A stretch of DNA of 55,190 nucleotides, the filler included, from a bacterium (lineage in GTDB: Bacteria; UBA9089; CG2-30-40-21; SBAY01): the NCBI GenBank assembly GCA_040757115.1. It is 3 parts of 3 records of this genome, joined end to end, with 100 filler letters (N's around TTAATTAATTAA, not from the genome) between each part and the next. Parts side by side here need not be neighbours in the genome. Positions count along the whole stretch, not along the records: positions 1 to 18,378 come from JBFLYA010000066.1; positions 18,479 to 36,803 come from JBFLYA010000067.1; 1 more part is not named here. One strand, 5' to 3'. Positions within the stretch are counted from its first letter, which is position 1. Each line of letters opens with the position of its first letter. The notes under the pieces were generated by a model that saw only the letters and a list, made by a program, of their open reading frames with translations, was not told the DNA's origin and searched no databases. Shown one piece after another: positions 8,670 through 19,482 of the stretch. The translations under genes and the position numbers were made by a program.

Positions 8670-10437
8670 ATGTATCTTGATTATAAAACTACAAGATATA
8701 AAGACAAAATATATAAATCCTACTTGATCGTTGAATCCTATCGAGAGAAAGGCGAAGTAAAAAAGAGACCTTTATGGAAAATCGGTAAATTAACTGATAA
8801 TCAAGTTGCCCAAATAAAATTAATTTGTAAGTCACAAACTGATAAAGAGTTTGCCGTAACTGAGCTTAAAAATGTCATCCCTCTACAGAGCAAACCATAT
8901 TTGGAGCTTGCTGTTGTAAATGAACTATGGAATCAAGGGGAACTATCAAGGGTATTTAGAACTAATATTACTAAAGGAGATTTACCAACACCTCTTGTAG
9001 CAAGAGTTCTTACGATCAATAGATGTGTTGATCCTTGTTCTAACTATTCTATTCCCCCAATGGATAAGAAAAACCGCCGTATCTGAAATTCTGGGAATCT
9101 GTCTTGATAAACTTAATGATGACAAGATCTATTATGAACTCGACAAGATAGAAGAAAATAAGAACCATCTTGAAGATCATCTCTTCAGGATGACATATAG
9201 GAAAGACCCGTCAAGTTATACTATAGTCAATTATGATCTCTCTTCTTCCTATTTTGTTGGATTCAAATGCAAACTTTCCGCATTTGGTAGAAGCAAAGAT
9301 GATAAACATGGTAATAAACAAGTTATAGTGGGTTTGCTGGTAAATGATAAAGGATACCCTTTCTCTTGGGATGTTTACCCTGGTAATACGGCTGAAGTGC
9401 ATACCTTAACAGATAAGGTAGACATCTGCCGTAAGCGTTTCAAGATGAAAGATATTACCCTGGTATTTGATCGTGGCATAGTATCCGATGACAACCTGGA
9501 ATACATCACAGATAAAAAGCTAAAATACATATCTTGTCTTGATAAAGATCAGATACAAAATGTTCCTGGAATTGATTTATCTATTTTCAAGGTATTAACT
9601 ACCAAGGATTTATCTGAGAAACAACTCTCTATATTAGGGCTTGACAAATATGACCAGGATTTGTGGTTCAAAGACCTTGGAGAAAAGGAAAATCGTCGAT
9701 ATATACGTGGACTTAACCCAACACTGTTTAAAGAGGAAAGAGAATCTCGGATTGAGAAGCTCAGATGTTTTGAAGAATTTGTCGAGAAAAAGAATGTAGA
9801 GCTTAAATCGGCTAAACGCTCAAGAGGTTATGAAGCCACTAAAAACTGTATCATAAACGAGCTCAAAAGATTAAAGACAAAGAAATATTTTAATGATGAA
9901 CCAGTTCTTGAGGAGATAGAGATTCAACCTATAGATAAAGATGGTAAAAAAGGTAGTCTCATAAAATCATATCAGGTATCAATAGAGAGAAATGAGGTTA
10001 ATATTGATAAGGATGAATTAGTAGAGGGCCTTTGTGTATTTGTTTCTAATCATATTCAAAAGAAAGAGGAAGATGTCATTTTCAGCAGTGAAAGAATAAT
10101 AAAGGCTTATCGGGATAAAACAAAGATTGAGGATGCTTTCAAACATATTAAATCATTCTTAAAGATACGTCCCTTCTTCGTCAATACCGATAAGCACGTC
10201 AGAGCTGTTTATACCGTATCCGTGGTCTCATATTTCATTAATAAGGACTTAGCAGAAAGACGTAAACAGATAGAAGGTATTGACTACCTTAATTCTAAAA
10301 ACCTTTATGAACCCTTTAGAGGTTATGATTGGATTAAGCTCAAAGATACATTGTCTGGTAAAACGAAAGGAGAGGAGGTTTGGTTGAGTGAAGAACAAAA
10401 AAGATTATTGAACAATCTAAATATAAACATTCAATAA
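8670..10437 (+). pseudogene. IS1634 transposase, frameshifted near 9055
   Basis: YLIVESYRE N-terminus; YDLSSSYF, FGRSKD, VFDRG, IEDAFKHIK..LKIRP; frame break at a C5 run (ATTCCCCCAATGG). Confidence 0.85.
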
Positions 10438-10491
10438 GAAAATTATATAGTGTAGCCCATAAATCTAAAGTTATAATCTTATGGGATACAC

Positions 10492-10695
10492 CTAGTGTAG
10501 CGTTCTCTAAATACATATAATAGTTATTAACGAAAATTTCTCATAGAACAGATATAGCAACAGGGTTGATGGTTGATAGTTTATAGTTGATAGTTTCATA
10601 GACTATCAACCATCAACTATCAACAATACTAATGTGAACTTTTGGTTAATACTTACTATAATATTGTTATATCTACTTAGAGAACGCTCTACTAG
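10492..10695. mobile_element. CTAG-bounded MITE with nested inner inverted repeats
   Basis: CTAGTGTAGCGTTCTCTAAATACATATAA vs CTAGTAGAGCGTTCTCTAAGTAGATATAA; inner IR 10520-10660; GTTGATA/CTATCAA heptamers. Confidence 0.75.
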
Positions 10696-11194
10696 TTATA
10701 AATATTTTTCCGGAAGTGGGGTTAGAAGATAAAATACCCAATCTTTATCCAATGAAGATTTACCGTTGTTTAAAAAGGCATAATTTGAATATCGTGCCTG
10801 AAGAGTTTATTAATGCTGAAAGAAAGATTAAGAAGTTTCGCAAATATACTATGGGATACCTTCATATGGATTTACTTTATGCTCCAAAGATTAACAAGGA
10901 AAGAAACTATATTTACACTGCTATTGATAGGGTGGCTAAAATTGCTTTTGTAATGATAGGTAAAAGAAAGAATAAAGAAACAGGGGCTATATTTCTAAAA
11001 CAAGCCTGTCCTTTCTATCCTTACAAGATTAACTATATCCTAACTGACAATGGAGCTGAATTTAGTTATAAAGCATTGCCAAAAGGAAAGAAGACCAAGA
11101 AAACTCACTCTTTTGACAAGATTTGTCAAGAAAACAAAATACAACATCGAACTATCAAATTCAAACATCCGTGGACTAATGGAATGATAGAGAT

Positions 11195-11760
11195 TAGCTA
11201 TTTTCAGACACCACCAGAAAAGGGAGCTTGACGATGATGCCAAGTGTAACCCAGTTCTGTCCTCATATAAGCACAGGAAGTATTTTTGTAGAAAGGACAG
11301 GATCTCTAAATATACCTGCACCTGATATCTTTTCCCACTCTTGGCGAATAGGGTATCATTACCCACAGTATGATCAATGCTTCCTTCTCGGATAAGGGTG
11401 GAAACGATCATTTTCAATACTCCATAAACTAAATGGTTAATGTCCCATTTAGCCCTTTTGAAGAAATTGTAAAAACAACTATGATGTTTTCTTTTGGGTG
11501 CACCTCCTGTCTGAATTATTCGGGTGATAGTCTTTCGACCTGGGGTTAGCAACCAACCAATAATTAGAGTCACAAAGTTCTCGAAACTTTGTTTATTTTT
11601 GAAAGAATTTGTAAAAGTATTCAAAATTTGATAGAAAGTTGTCGATAAATATAATAGGCTCATCTCTTCTCCTCCTTTTAAAGATTTGATTCCTATTATC
11701 TTTAATCGACAGGAGAAGAGATTCTTTTTAATTTCTGCTAAAAAATGACGAAACTCTAGG
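11195..11760 (-). mobile_element. IS701-family fragment (transposase N-terminus from 11663, frameshifted)
   Basis: FENFVTLIIGWLLTPGRKTIT..HHSCFYNFFKRAKW..DT..K.GK; end CTAGAGTTTCGTCA near 11759. Confidence 0.75.
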
Positions 11761-11871
11761 GGGGTAAAAAGTAAGTGTAGAAATTGATAAATGAAGTTAT
11801 ATTTCCCCTTTTAATTTTGATTGTAAAGCTGATCAGAGAAAGTAGAATAAGTAAATTTTAGGAATTTATAA

Positions 11872-13104
11872 ATGTTCTCAATTTTAAAATTAGCGGGAAA
11901 AAATATTTTTCGAAATAAACGAAGGACAACTATTACACTATTAGCTATATTTGTAGGTATAGGTAGCGTCGTAATTAGTAAAGGAATAGTCGCAGGTTTT
12001 CAGAAAGGAATAATTGACTTAGTCACAAGAGTAAAAACAGGACATATTCAGATTCATACTAAAGGATATTTAGATGCTTTACAATTAATGCCATTAAGGT
12101 TGTACATCAAAGAATTAAAGAAGACAGAGAAGATAATAAGAAAACAGAAAGAGGTAGTTCATTATGCTAGAAGAATTAACTTTACAGGAATGCTTTCTAC
12201 TGGAGAAGAATCTACTATGTTTATGGGAATAGGAATAGAACCAAAGAGCGAATTTAAAATATGTAGAGATTTACTATCAGGAATTATAAAAGGGAAGGAG
12301 TTAAAGGGATTTTCTCCTTACTCTGCTTTAATCACTAACCAGTTAGCGAAAGGCTTACAAGTAGATGTGGGTGATACTATTATGCTTATATCACATACAA
12401 TAAATGATACAATGAATGCTGTTGATGTACAAGTTGAAGGAATAGTACAAATTGGCACCCCAGTCTTTTTTAGTGGGAATATGTTGATCACTACATTGGC
12501 AGCTGCTCAGAAACTTCTTGATATGAAAGGTAAAGTAACAGAAATAATAATTGGTATTGATAAGATTGAGAATTTAGAAAATGTTGCAGAGACTCTCCGT
12601 GGTAAGTTTAATACGAAGAGAATGAATTTAGAAGTGCATACTTGGAAAGACATAGTTCCCTACTATAAGGATACTATACAGGCTCAAAATGTGATACTTT
12701 GGATTATAGTTCTGATTTTACTAATTATAATAGGGACAAGTATAATGAATACAATGATGATAGCAGTATTTGAGAGGACACGAGAAATAGGTGTAATGAT
12801 GGCAATAGGAACTGAAAGAATGCAAATTTTTTTACTTTTCCTTTTTGAATCATTATTCACTGGAGTAATTGGGAGTTTCATTGGATGTGTAAGTGGAGCA
12901 TTGTTTGTTTGTTATTTAAATATAATAGGGATTACTATCAATCTTTCTGGGGAATTAAGATCTGTAACTTTTTATCCGTATGTAACAGAGAATAATATTA
13001 CATTTTCCTTCTTATTTGGTATTTTTGTATCAATTATATCAGGAATCTATCCAGCCTATTTAGCCTTACAATTAAAACCTGTTGATGCTTTGAGATATGT
13101 ATAG
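11872..13104 (+). CDS. ABC transporter permease, MacB/FtsX/LolE family
   Basis: KNIFRNKRRT, ERTREIGVMMAIG, YPAYLALQLKPVDALR. Confidence 0.9.
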   Translation: MFSILKLAGKNIFRNKRRTTITLLAIFVGIGSVVISKGIVAGFQKGIIDLVTRVKTGHIQIHTKGYLDALQLMPLRLYIKELKKTEKIIRKQKEVVHYARRINFTGMLSTGEESTMFMGIGIEPKSEFKICRDLLSGIIKGKELKGFSPYSALITNQLAKGLQVDVGDTIMLISHTINDTMNAVDVQVEGIVQIGTPVFFSGNMLITTLAAAQKLLDMKGKVTEIIIGIDKIENLENVAETLRGKFNTKRMNLEVHTWKDIVPYYKDTIQAQNVILWIIVLILLIIIGTSIMNTMMIAVFERTREIGVMMAIGTERMQIFLLFLFESLFTGVIGSFIGCVSGALFVCYLNIIGITINLSGELRSVTFYPYVTENNITFSFLFGIFVSIISGIYPAYLALQLKPVDALRYV

Positions 13105-13164
13105 TATAATATTTGAGTTCTTAGTTAGCGTTATCTATATCTTCATTAAAAAAGAGAGTTAAAA

Positions 13165-15882
13165 ATGGTAAAAAAATACCAATTATTCAAAAAGGGAATT
13201 CTATCCAATAAATACATTCGAGATCTTAATAATATTACTATTAATGACATCTCTTTAGTAGGGAGTAAAGGTGCTAAGTTAGGGGAAATGAAAAAGGCAA
13301 AATTCCCTGTACCACCAGGATTTTGTATTACAGCTGATGCTTATGAATATTATCTCCAATATAATGAAATCCAAGATGAGATTGTTAAAATAGTAAAGGA
13401 TACATTTATATCTTTTTCTTCTCTTAAATCAGAAGCTTATAAGATAAAAAACCTTATTTTATCTGGGCATATACCATTAGAGCTCAGAAATGAAATTATA
13501 TCAGCTTATCACAAATTAAGAGGATATGTATCTATTCGTTCATCTGCTACTTATGAAGATTTATCTATAACTTCCTCTGCTGGGATATATGATACTTATC
13601 TCAATATAATTGGTGAGAATGAAGTACTTAAGAAGGTAGTTGAAGTTTTTGCATCTTTGTGGAGTGAACGAGCTATTTCTTATCGAGAGGCTAAGTTTTC
13701 TAAGAATGAGGTTACTATAGGAATTCCAAAGATGGCAGTTATAATACAACAGATGATTTCAGCACAAGTTTCTGGTATAATTTTCACTTCCAACCCTGTC
13801 GATAAAGATTTGGTGATCGAAGGAAGCTTTGGATTGGGTGAGATAATTGTAAAAGGTAAAGTTACTCCGGATAGATATGTGATTAATAAAAGAACATTGA
13901 AGATAAGCGAAAAAACACTCTCTACTAAGGATGTAATGATAATTCCTGATCAGAGTCCTAATCAAGTATCTATGGGAGTTCTTGAGATCTATGTTCCTCA
14001 AGAGAAAAAAGATAGGCAAATTCTATTAGATCGAGAGATAAAAAAATTAGCAAGGTTGGGTTTAAATATCGAGAGATATTATAGAGTCCCTCAAGATATT
14101 GAATGGGCTTATAATAAAGGTAAGTTTTATATCTTACAAACAAGACCAGTTACTGCTATCCCAGAAAAAGTAACTATATGGAGCAACTTTAATTGGAATG
14201 AGATAATTCCAGGAGTATTATCTCCCTTTACTTGGTCAATGTTAAATGAAGTAATTCAGAATATGATAAAACATATAATGAGAAAATTTGGATTTCCTCC
14301 TGTTGAGTTACCACCTATAATAGAGTTGCTTTATGGTCGGGTATATTGGAATATGAATAATCTATTAGAAGTATTTAAAGACCTATCTTTTTTTGAAGAG
14401 ATTGGGGGAAAAGAAGCAATATTGGCTGTTGGGGAAAAAGTACCTAATTTTAGAATTAAGATAATATTGATGTGTCTGCAGATTTTTAGATTCAATATAT
14501 TCAAACTCTTAAATGTTATTTATAAAATCAGTTGTATTTTCTTTAAGATGCACCGTGATATAGAGAAGGTATACTTCCAAGTTAGAAAGACTTTTGATAA
14601 GTTTGAAAAAGTTGATCTTTCAAAAATCTCTTTAGAAGAATTATTATCCTTTAGAATATTGTATAGTGAAGAAGCAAAGGAAGTAATGCTTGCTAATGTA
14701 CTAGGGGGTGGATTAGTTATATCTTCTTATCAATTACTTGGTAAAATAACTAAGCGATGGCTTGATGATAAGGATGGAATACTCCAAGCAAAATTAATAG
14801 GTGGAATGTTAGATGAGACTGTCAAAATGGATATTGAAATCTGGAAATTAGCACAAAAGGCTTCAACTTCTGAATATATCAATTCTATTTTTAGTGAGAG
14901 AAATGAGGAAGAAATTATTAGTTTATTAAAAGAAAAGGGAGAAGGAAGGGAGTTCTTAATTAAATTAAAAGAATTTCTATCTGAATATGGACATCGATGT
15001 AGTATGGAATATGATTTTATGGTACCCAGATGGATAGAAGAACCAAGGTTTATCTTAAGTATGATAAAGAATTATCTCAAGAATAAAGTAAGTGAAGAGG
15101 GGTTAGTTGTTAATCCTATTAGACACTTGAAAAATAAAGCAATAGAACAGGAAAAAATAATTCTTAAATCTTTAGAAAAGTTATCATCAGGAATCTTTAA
15201 TAAATTATTTCCCATAAAGAGATTCATTTTCAAGAAGGCCATTCAGAACCTTCAAAGAAACCACTCTTTACGGGAGACACCAAAATTTTATGCAATGATG
15301 CTATGGATGGCTGCAAGAATGATGATTTTAGAGGTAGGTAATCGTTTATTTGAAGAAGGAGTTCTTTTAAGTAAAGACGATATTTTCTTCTTGAATATAA
15401 ATGAGACAAGAAAATTAGTAAAAGGGGAATTCAGTAAAAAAAAGGCTCTACAATTAGTAACTGAACGTAGGCAAGAATATGAACATAACCTTAAACTTAA
15501 ACCGCCATCAATTATTAGAAGTGATTCTTTTCTCACTTTTGAAGAAGAGAAGTTGGAATCTTCATCTTATCTGGAAGGAGTAGGTGTATCACCTGGTAAA
15601 GTAACTGGGAAGGCAAGGATAATTTTTGATATAAATAAGTCTTGGAATTTAAGGAAAGGTGAAATATTAGTAGTACCTTATACTGATCCAGCGTGGACAC
15701 CCCTATTTTTGATAGCAGCAGGAGTGATAACAGATATTGGAGGTTTACTTTCTCATGGTGCCATTATTGCTAGAGAATATGGCATCCCTGCTGTGATGGG
15801 TGTAAAAAATGGAACTAAGACGATAGAAGAGGGGAGAACGATCACCGTCGATGGAAATGAAGGAAGGGTTTATCTTTATTAA
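13165..15882 (+). CDS. PEP/pyruvate-binding phosphotransferase with rifampin-phosphotransferase-like architecture
   Basis: VGSKGAKLG, IRSSATYED, QDIEWA, LQTRPVT; C-terminal His swivel TDPAWTPLF..GGLLSHGAIIAREYGIPAV. Confidence 0.85.
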   Translation: MVKKYQLFKKGILSNKYIRDLNNITINDISLVGSKGAKLGEMKKAKFPVPPGFCITADAYEYYLQYNEIQDEIVKIVKDTFISFSSLKSEAYKIKNLILSGHIPLELRNEIISAYHKLRGYVSIRSSATYEDLSITSSAGIYDTYLNIIGENEVLKKVVEVFASLWSERAISYREAKFSKNEVTIGIPKMAVIIQQMISAQVSGIIFTSNPVDKDLVIEGSFGLGEIIVKGKVTPDRYVINKRTLKISEKTLSTKDVMIIPDQSPNQVSMGVLEIYVPQEKKDRQILLDREIKKLARLGLNIERYYRVPQDIEWAYNKGKFYILQTRPVTAIPEKVTIWSNFNWNEIIPGVLSPFTWSMLNEVIQNMIKHIMRKFGFPPVELPPIIELLYGRVYWNMNNLLEVFKDLSFFEEIGGKEAILAVGEKVPNFRIKIILMCLQIFRFNIFKLLNVIYKISCIFFKMHRDIEKVYFQVRKTFDKFEKVDLSKISLEELLSFRILYSEEAKEVMLANVLGGGLVISSYQLLGKITKRWLDDKDGILQAKLIGGMLDETVKMDIEIWKLAQKASTSEYINSIFSERNEEEIISLLKEKGEGREFLIKLKEFLSEYGHRCSMEYDFMVPRWIEEPRFILSMIKNYLKNKVSEEGLVVNPIRHLKNKAIEQEKIILKSLEKLSSGIFNKLFPIKRFIFKKAIQNLQRNHSLRETPKFYAMMLWMAARMMILEVGNRLFEEGVLLSKDDIFFLNINETRKLVKGEFSKKKALQLVTERRQEYEHNLKLKPPSIIRSDSFLTFEEEKLESSSYLEGVGVSPGKVTGKARIIFDINKSWNLRKGEILVVPYTDPAWTPLFLIAAGVITDIGGLLSHGAIIAREYGIPAVMGVKNGTKTIEEGRTITVDGNEGRVYLY

Positions 15883-16138
15883 TTTTGACTTTTATTACGT
15901 CAGAGGAATTAAAAAGGATGTCTTGTAATTACAATAGATTATATCTGACTATTTCAGTTGTACATACGGTTCTAATTCAACTTGTCCTAATGAGTTCAAT
16001 AGGTTAATCAAAAAGTTTGCATACAAAAAAAGTTTCTGGCTTTTCATACAATAAGAGAACTGTTGTTCTTCAAAACATTTTTATCCAAAAGAAATCATAA
16101 GAAAATGTGCAGGAATATACTATCCTATAGGAGTTAAA

Positions 16139-17698
16139 ATGAAAGTAGTATTTGTAAATTCACCAAGGTATGTACATCCTATTATGTATGAGACAAATGA
16201 TTATTTGATGCCTTTAAATTATCCATGTTTAGCAGCAGCTATACGGGATAAAATGGAGGATATTGAAGTAAAAATTATTGACTGTCCACCTATGAGAATA
16301 GGCTGGAAAACTCTAAGAAAAATAATAGAAAAAGAGAAACCTGATGTAGTAGGCTGTGGAGATGTAGTTTTATATGCCCATGAAAGTGTAAAAGTCTTCA
16401 AGATAGCGAAAGAAATTAATCCTCGGTGTATTACTATCGCTGGGGGACATTTTTTTTCCTTCATGGTAGAGAAAGGTCTAAAGGAATATATGGCAGATTA
16501 TATTGTAAGATTCGAAGGTGAAGAAACGATAGTAGAACTCCTTGAATATCTTAGGAATAATAGAGACTTGGAAAAGGTCAAAGGAATTGGTTTTAAAAGA
16601 GAGGGGAAGATTATTATTACCCCTCCAAGACCTCTTATTAAAAATCTTGATGAATTACCTATACCAGCTTTTGATCTTATGGTTATGGAGAAACCTTCTT
16701 CTTTTGGCATGACTTGGTTAAATGCAGGAGTGCTTGAAAAGTCTCGAGGATGTATAGATCACTGTAATTACTGTTCCCTATGGAAAGTAATGGGTCAATA
16801 TTCTATTAAGCAAGATGGGAAGGAAGAAGTGAAACCTTGTTATAGGCAAAAGAGTGTTGAGAGAGCTATTGAAGAAGTAGAAATTCTTTACCACAAATAC
16901 AAAAAGCGATATCTTTTCTGGGTTGATGCTACATGGAATGTTGCTCCTGAATGGACAGATGCTTTTTGTGAAGAGGTACTAAAGAGGAAAATGAAGTTTA
17001 ATTACTGGGCTTTTCTCAGAGCAGATTGTCTACTACAAGATGAAAAACTGGGAATTTTAGAAAAGATGGTCAAAATAGGACTTAAGCATGCTCTTATAGG
17101 TATTGAAAGATCATCAACAGAATCATTACAAACTTTGCAAAAGTCAAGATGTACTTATGAACAGACAAAAGAAGTCTTCGAAGTTCTTAGAAAAAAATAT
17201 CCTCAAGTTATTAGAGTAGGGACATTTATAGCTGGAGTAGAAAATGAGACTAAAGAATCAATCATGGATTTGGCAAATTATGCTCTTGATCTTAAATTGG
17301 ACTACATAGAGCTTTTTACTTTAACTCCTAACCCGGGGACTACCATCTGGAGAGAGTGTGTAAGAAAAGATTGGATTGAAATTAAAGATTATAAACAATG
17401 GGACTGGCGTACACCCATAATGCCATCAGAATATATGTCTAGGGAGGAAATAGCAAATACTATTGAAAAAGCTCTAAGAAAATTCTATCATTTAAAGCAT
17501 CTAATATTTAGACAACTCCTTTCCCCTATCAGTTTACGGAGAAAGACTGCCTTTTGGATCATTTATATCACTATAAAGTTTATGACTCTTCATATTGCAA
17601 ATTTATTAAAAGGTATTTTTGAGGGTAAGAAAGATTTAAAGTCCTCAAAAATACTAAAGGTAGAAAAAGTGATAAAGCCTAAATGGTATGATACATGA
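16139..17698 (+). CDS. Cobalamin-binding radical SAM enzyme (class B methyltransferase/BchE-like)
   Basis: N-terminal B12-binding domain (IAGGHF, VRFEGEET); SRGCIDHCNYC. Confidence 0.88.
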   Translation: MKVVFVNSPRYVHPIMYETNDYLMPLNYPCLAAAIRDKMEDIEVKIIDCPPMRIGWKTLRKIIEKEKPDVVGCGDVVLYAHESVKVFKIAKEINPRCITIAGGHFFSFMVEKGLKEYMADYIVRFEGEETIVELLEYLRNNRDLEKVKGIGFKREGKIIITPPRPLIKNLDELPIPAFDLMVMEKPSSFGMTWLNAGVLEKSRGCIDHCNYCSLWKVMGQYSIKQDGKEEVKPCYRQKSVERAIEEVEILYHKYKKRYLFWVDATWNVAPEWTDAFCEEVLKRKMKFNYWAFLRADCLLQDEKLGILEKMVKIGLKHALIGIERSSTESLQTLQKSRCTYEQTKEVFEVLRKKYPQVIRVGTFIAGVENETKESIMDLANYALDLKLDYIELFTLTPNPGTTIWRECVRKDWIEIKDYKQWDWRTPIMPSEYMSREEIANTIEKALRKFYHLKHLIFRQLLSPISLRRKTAFWIIYITIKFMTLHIANLLKGIFEGKKDLKSSKILKVEKVIKPKWYDT

Positions 17699-17721
17699 AG
17701 AAATCTAAATCCAGTTATAAG

Positions 17722-17987
17722 GACTTCTGCAAAATGGGAAAATAAATAATAGAAGGAAGAAAGAGGTATTTTGAGAATAAAAAAGGGATTTTAAACAAGA
17801 TTTGTGGGAAAGAAGAAGAGGTTTATTAAAAAAGACAATAATTTCCCTATGAGAGGAACAAATCGCTCTTTAAAAATTACTTTTTTAGTTCTTCAGGCAG
17901 CCGTAGATAAGGCAGAATCGTGTGCAAAGATGCGATAACACCTAATTTTCTGTGGTTGTTTTAATAAGAGAGCGGCATCATAATCTA
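17722..17987 (-). mobile_element. Possible IS remnant (element end plus transposase-like C-terminus)
   Basis: End GGACTTCTGCAAAAT resembles the TTCTGCAA ends at 1694 and 52624; - strand tail ...LLLKQPQKIRCYRIFAHDSALSTAA*. Confidence 0.35.
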
Positions 17988-18255
17988 CTAGTGCTCTGTC
18001 GCTACTTAATTGATGGATAAACCCGTTTCAAAAAATAGATATTGAAACAAGTTGATTTGAAATTCATAGAAATATGGTAGAAATTAGTTGAAATTTATAG
18101 AAATTGATGGAAATTGGTAGAAAGATGGTGCAAGAAAACAATAAGTTTCTATTTATTTCTACTAATTTCAATTATATTTCCATAAGTTTTATATTATTAT
18201 TGACAAAGAATGCTTAAGAAAAATATTAATCAAATCATTGGCGACAGAGCACTAG
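17988..18255. mobile_element. MITE sharing TIRs with the adjacent IS630
   Basis: CTAGTGCTCTGTCGC at both ends; interior 10-11-nt inverted repeats. Confidence 0.85.
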
Positions 18256-18378
18256 TGCTCTGTCGCCAATGATTTGATTAAGATTTTGGTCATTCTTGCC
18301 GATAATAATATAAACTCTTGAGGCAAGGAGGAACCAAAATGAAAAAAAGTATATAGTTGAATTAACGGACGAAGAACG
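18252..18378 (+). mobile_element. IS630-family left end and transposase start, cut by gap
   Basis: CTAG end; SD AAGGAGG; ATG 18339 then KYIVELTDEER in a shifted frame after an A7 run. Confidence 0.75.
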
Positions 18379-18478
18379 NNNNNNNNNNNNNNNNNNNNNN
18401 NNNNNNNNNNNNNNNNNNNNNNTTAATTAATTAANNNNNNNNNNNNNNNNNNNNNNNNNNNNNNNNNNNNNNNNNNNN
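18379..18478. other. Assembly gap with all-frame stop linker
   Basis: 44 N + TTAATTAATTAA + 44 N. Confidence 0.97.
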
Positions 18479-18480
18479 CA

Positions 18481-19188
18481 TTCTGGGGATTCAAAAGCCA
18501 TGCTGCCTTCCAACAAACCCAATTCGGAGTTGTTAATATTAACGAACAAACTACTCCTGGCAATACTCCGGATGTTAAGGCCTTCTTTTCAGTTATTAAA
18601 CCAATTACTAATACTCTCAACTTAACTATCAAGACCTTTTTGGCTGATGCTGCCTATGACGCCTGGTATGTCTATCAATATATTGCCAAAGGTGGTGGTG
18701 TTGCCTTTATACCTTTAAATACTCGGGGTCATAAAATCCTTCAACATTCCTTTGGTAAAAACGGTCGTCTTCTTTGCCAGGATAACCGTGAAATGGATAA
18801 TGGTGGAGCCTGGTTTGATAAACAAAAACAGCATCGACGACAAAAATTTATCTGCCCTCTTATTAATCCTAAAACAGGTAAGAGAAAACCTGGTCAAAAA
18901 TGCCGCTGCAACCACCCCAACTGGCAAAAGAAAGGCTGTACTCAATACATCAACCTTGACGATGTTGAAAATGCACGCTTTGCCATTGATAGAGAATCTA
19001 AACTATTTAAACAAACTTACAAACATAGAACTCTGGCAGAAAGAGGGTTTTCCATTCTTAAAGATTATGCTATTGAAAAACCTATCTCTCGTAATCTAAA
19101 CTCTATTGCCAACATCTATACCCTTGCTTATGCTCTAATGAATGCCAAAGTAATCCTTCAGGCAAAAGAAAAAACTTCATCTGTGTAA
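18481..19188 (+). mobile_element. DDE transposase C-terminal part (IS4/IS5/IS1182-like), 5' end in gap
   Basis: FWGFKSH, LADAAYD, FIPLN, YKHRTLAERGFSILK. Confidence 0.8.
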
Positions 19189-19482
19189 ATTTATCTCTCT
19201 TTTCACTTACTATCTTCTTTAGTTCGATACTCTAACTGTGTCTCTATTACATTTATTACATAATTAAATACCCCTTTCTACTTCTCTTCTGCTCCATCTA
19301 TCCATCTTTTATCCATCCTAAGATTTATTCCTTTTTAATACACCTCCCCTTTTGAAACCTAACCTCAATGTTTATAATGTGTTATATATATCTACCTCAC
19401 CTCCTAAACACCCCCAAAATCTACCCTCTTAATATTATAGTCCCTTGATTTTACAGAGGTTAATAGGTCCGACCCTCATCTC

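Larger units (their letters stand above)
8340..10721 (+). mobile_element. IS1634-family element with 6-bp TSD
   Basis: TSD TTAGAA at 8334-39 and 10722-27; TIRs CCCGGATTCCGGACAAAT / CCCCACTTCCGGAAAAAT. Confidence 0.88.
8031..11195 (+). mobile_element. IS481-family element split by IS1634 and truncated by IS701
   Basis: TGT left end; TTGACT-N17-TATAAT at 8033-8061; ORFs 8070-8339 and 10728-~11195 rejoin as IFFTLE|DKIPNLY; integrase core HMD, AIDR, LTDNGAEF, HPWTNGMIE. Confidence 0.85.

Noticed and set aside
13165-15882. Calling this ppsA or rph
   Set aside because: Domain order differs from PpsA (His domain is C-terminal); rifamycin specificity cannot be judged by eye
15918-16007. 29-aa ORF MSCNYNRL... 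as a RiPP precursor for the radical SAM
   Set aside because: Weak SD, no leader/core pattern, and no RRE or SPASM domain seen in the enzyme
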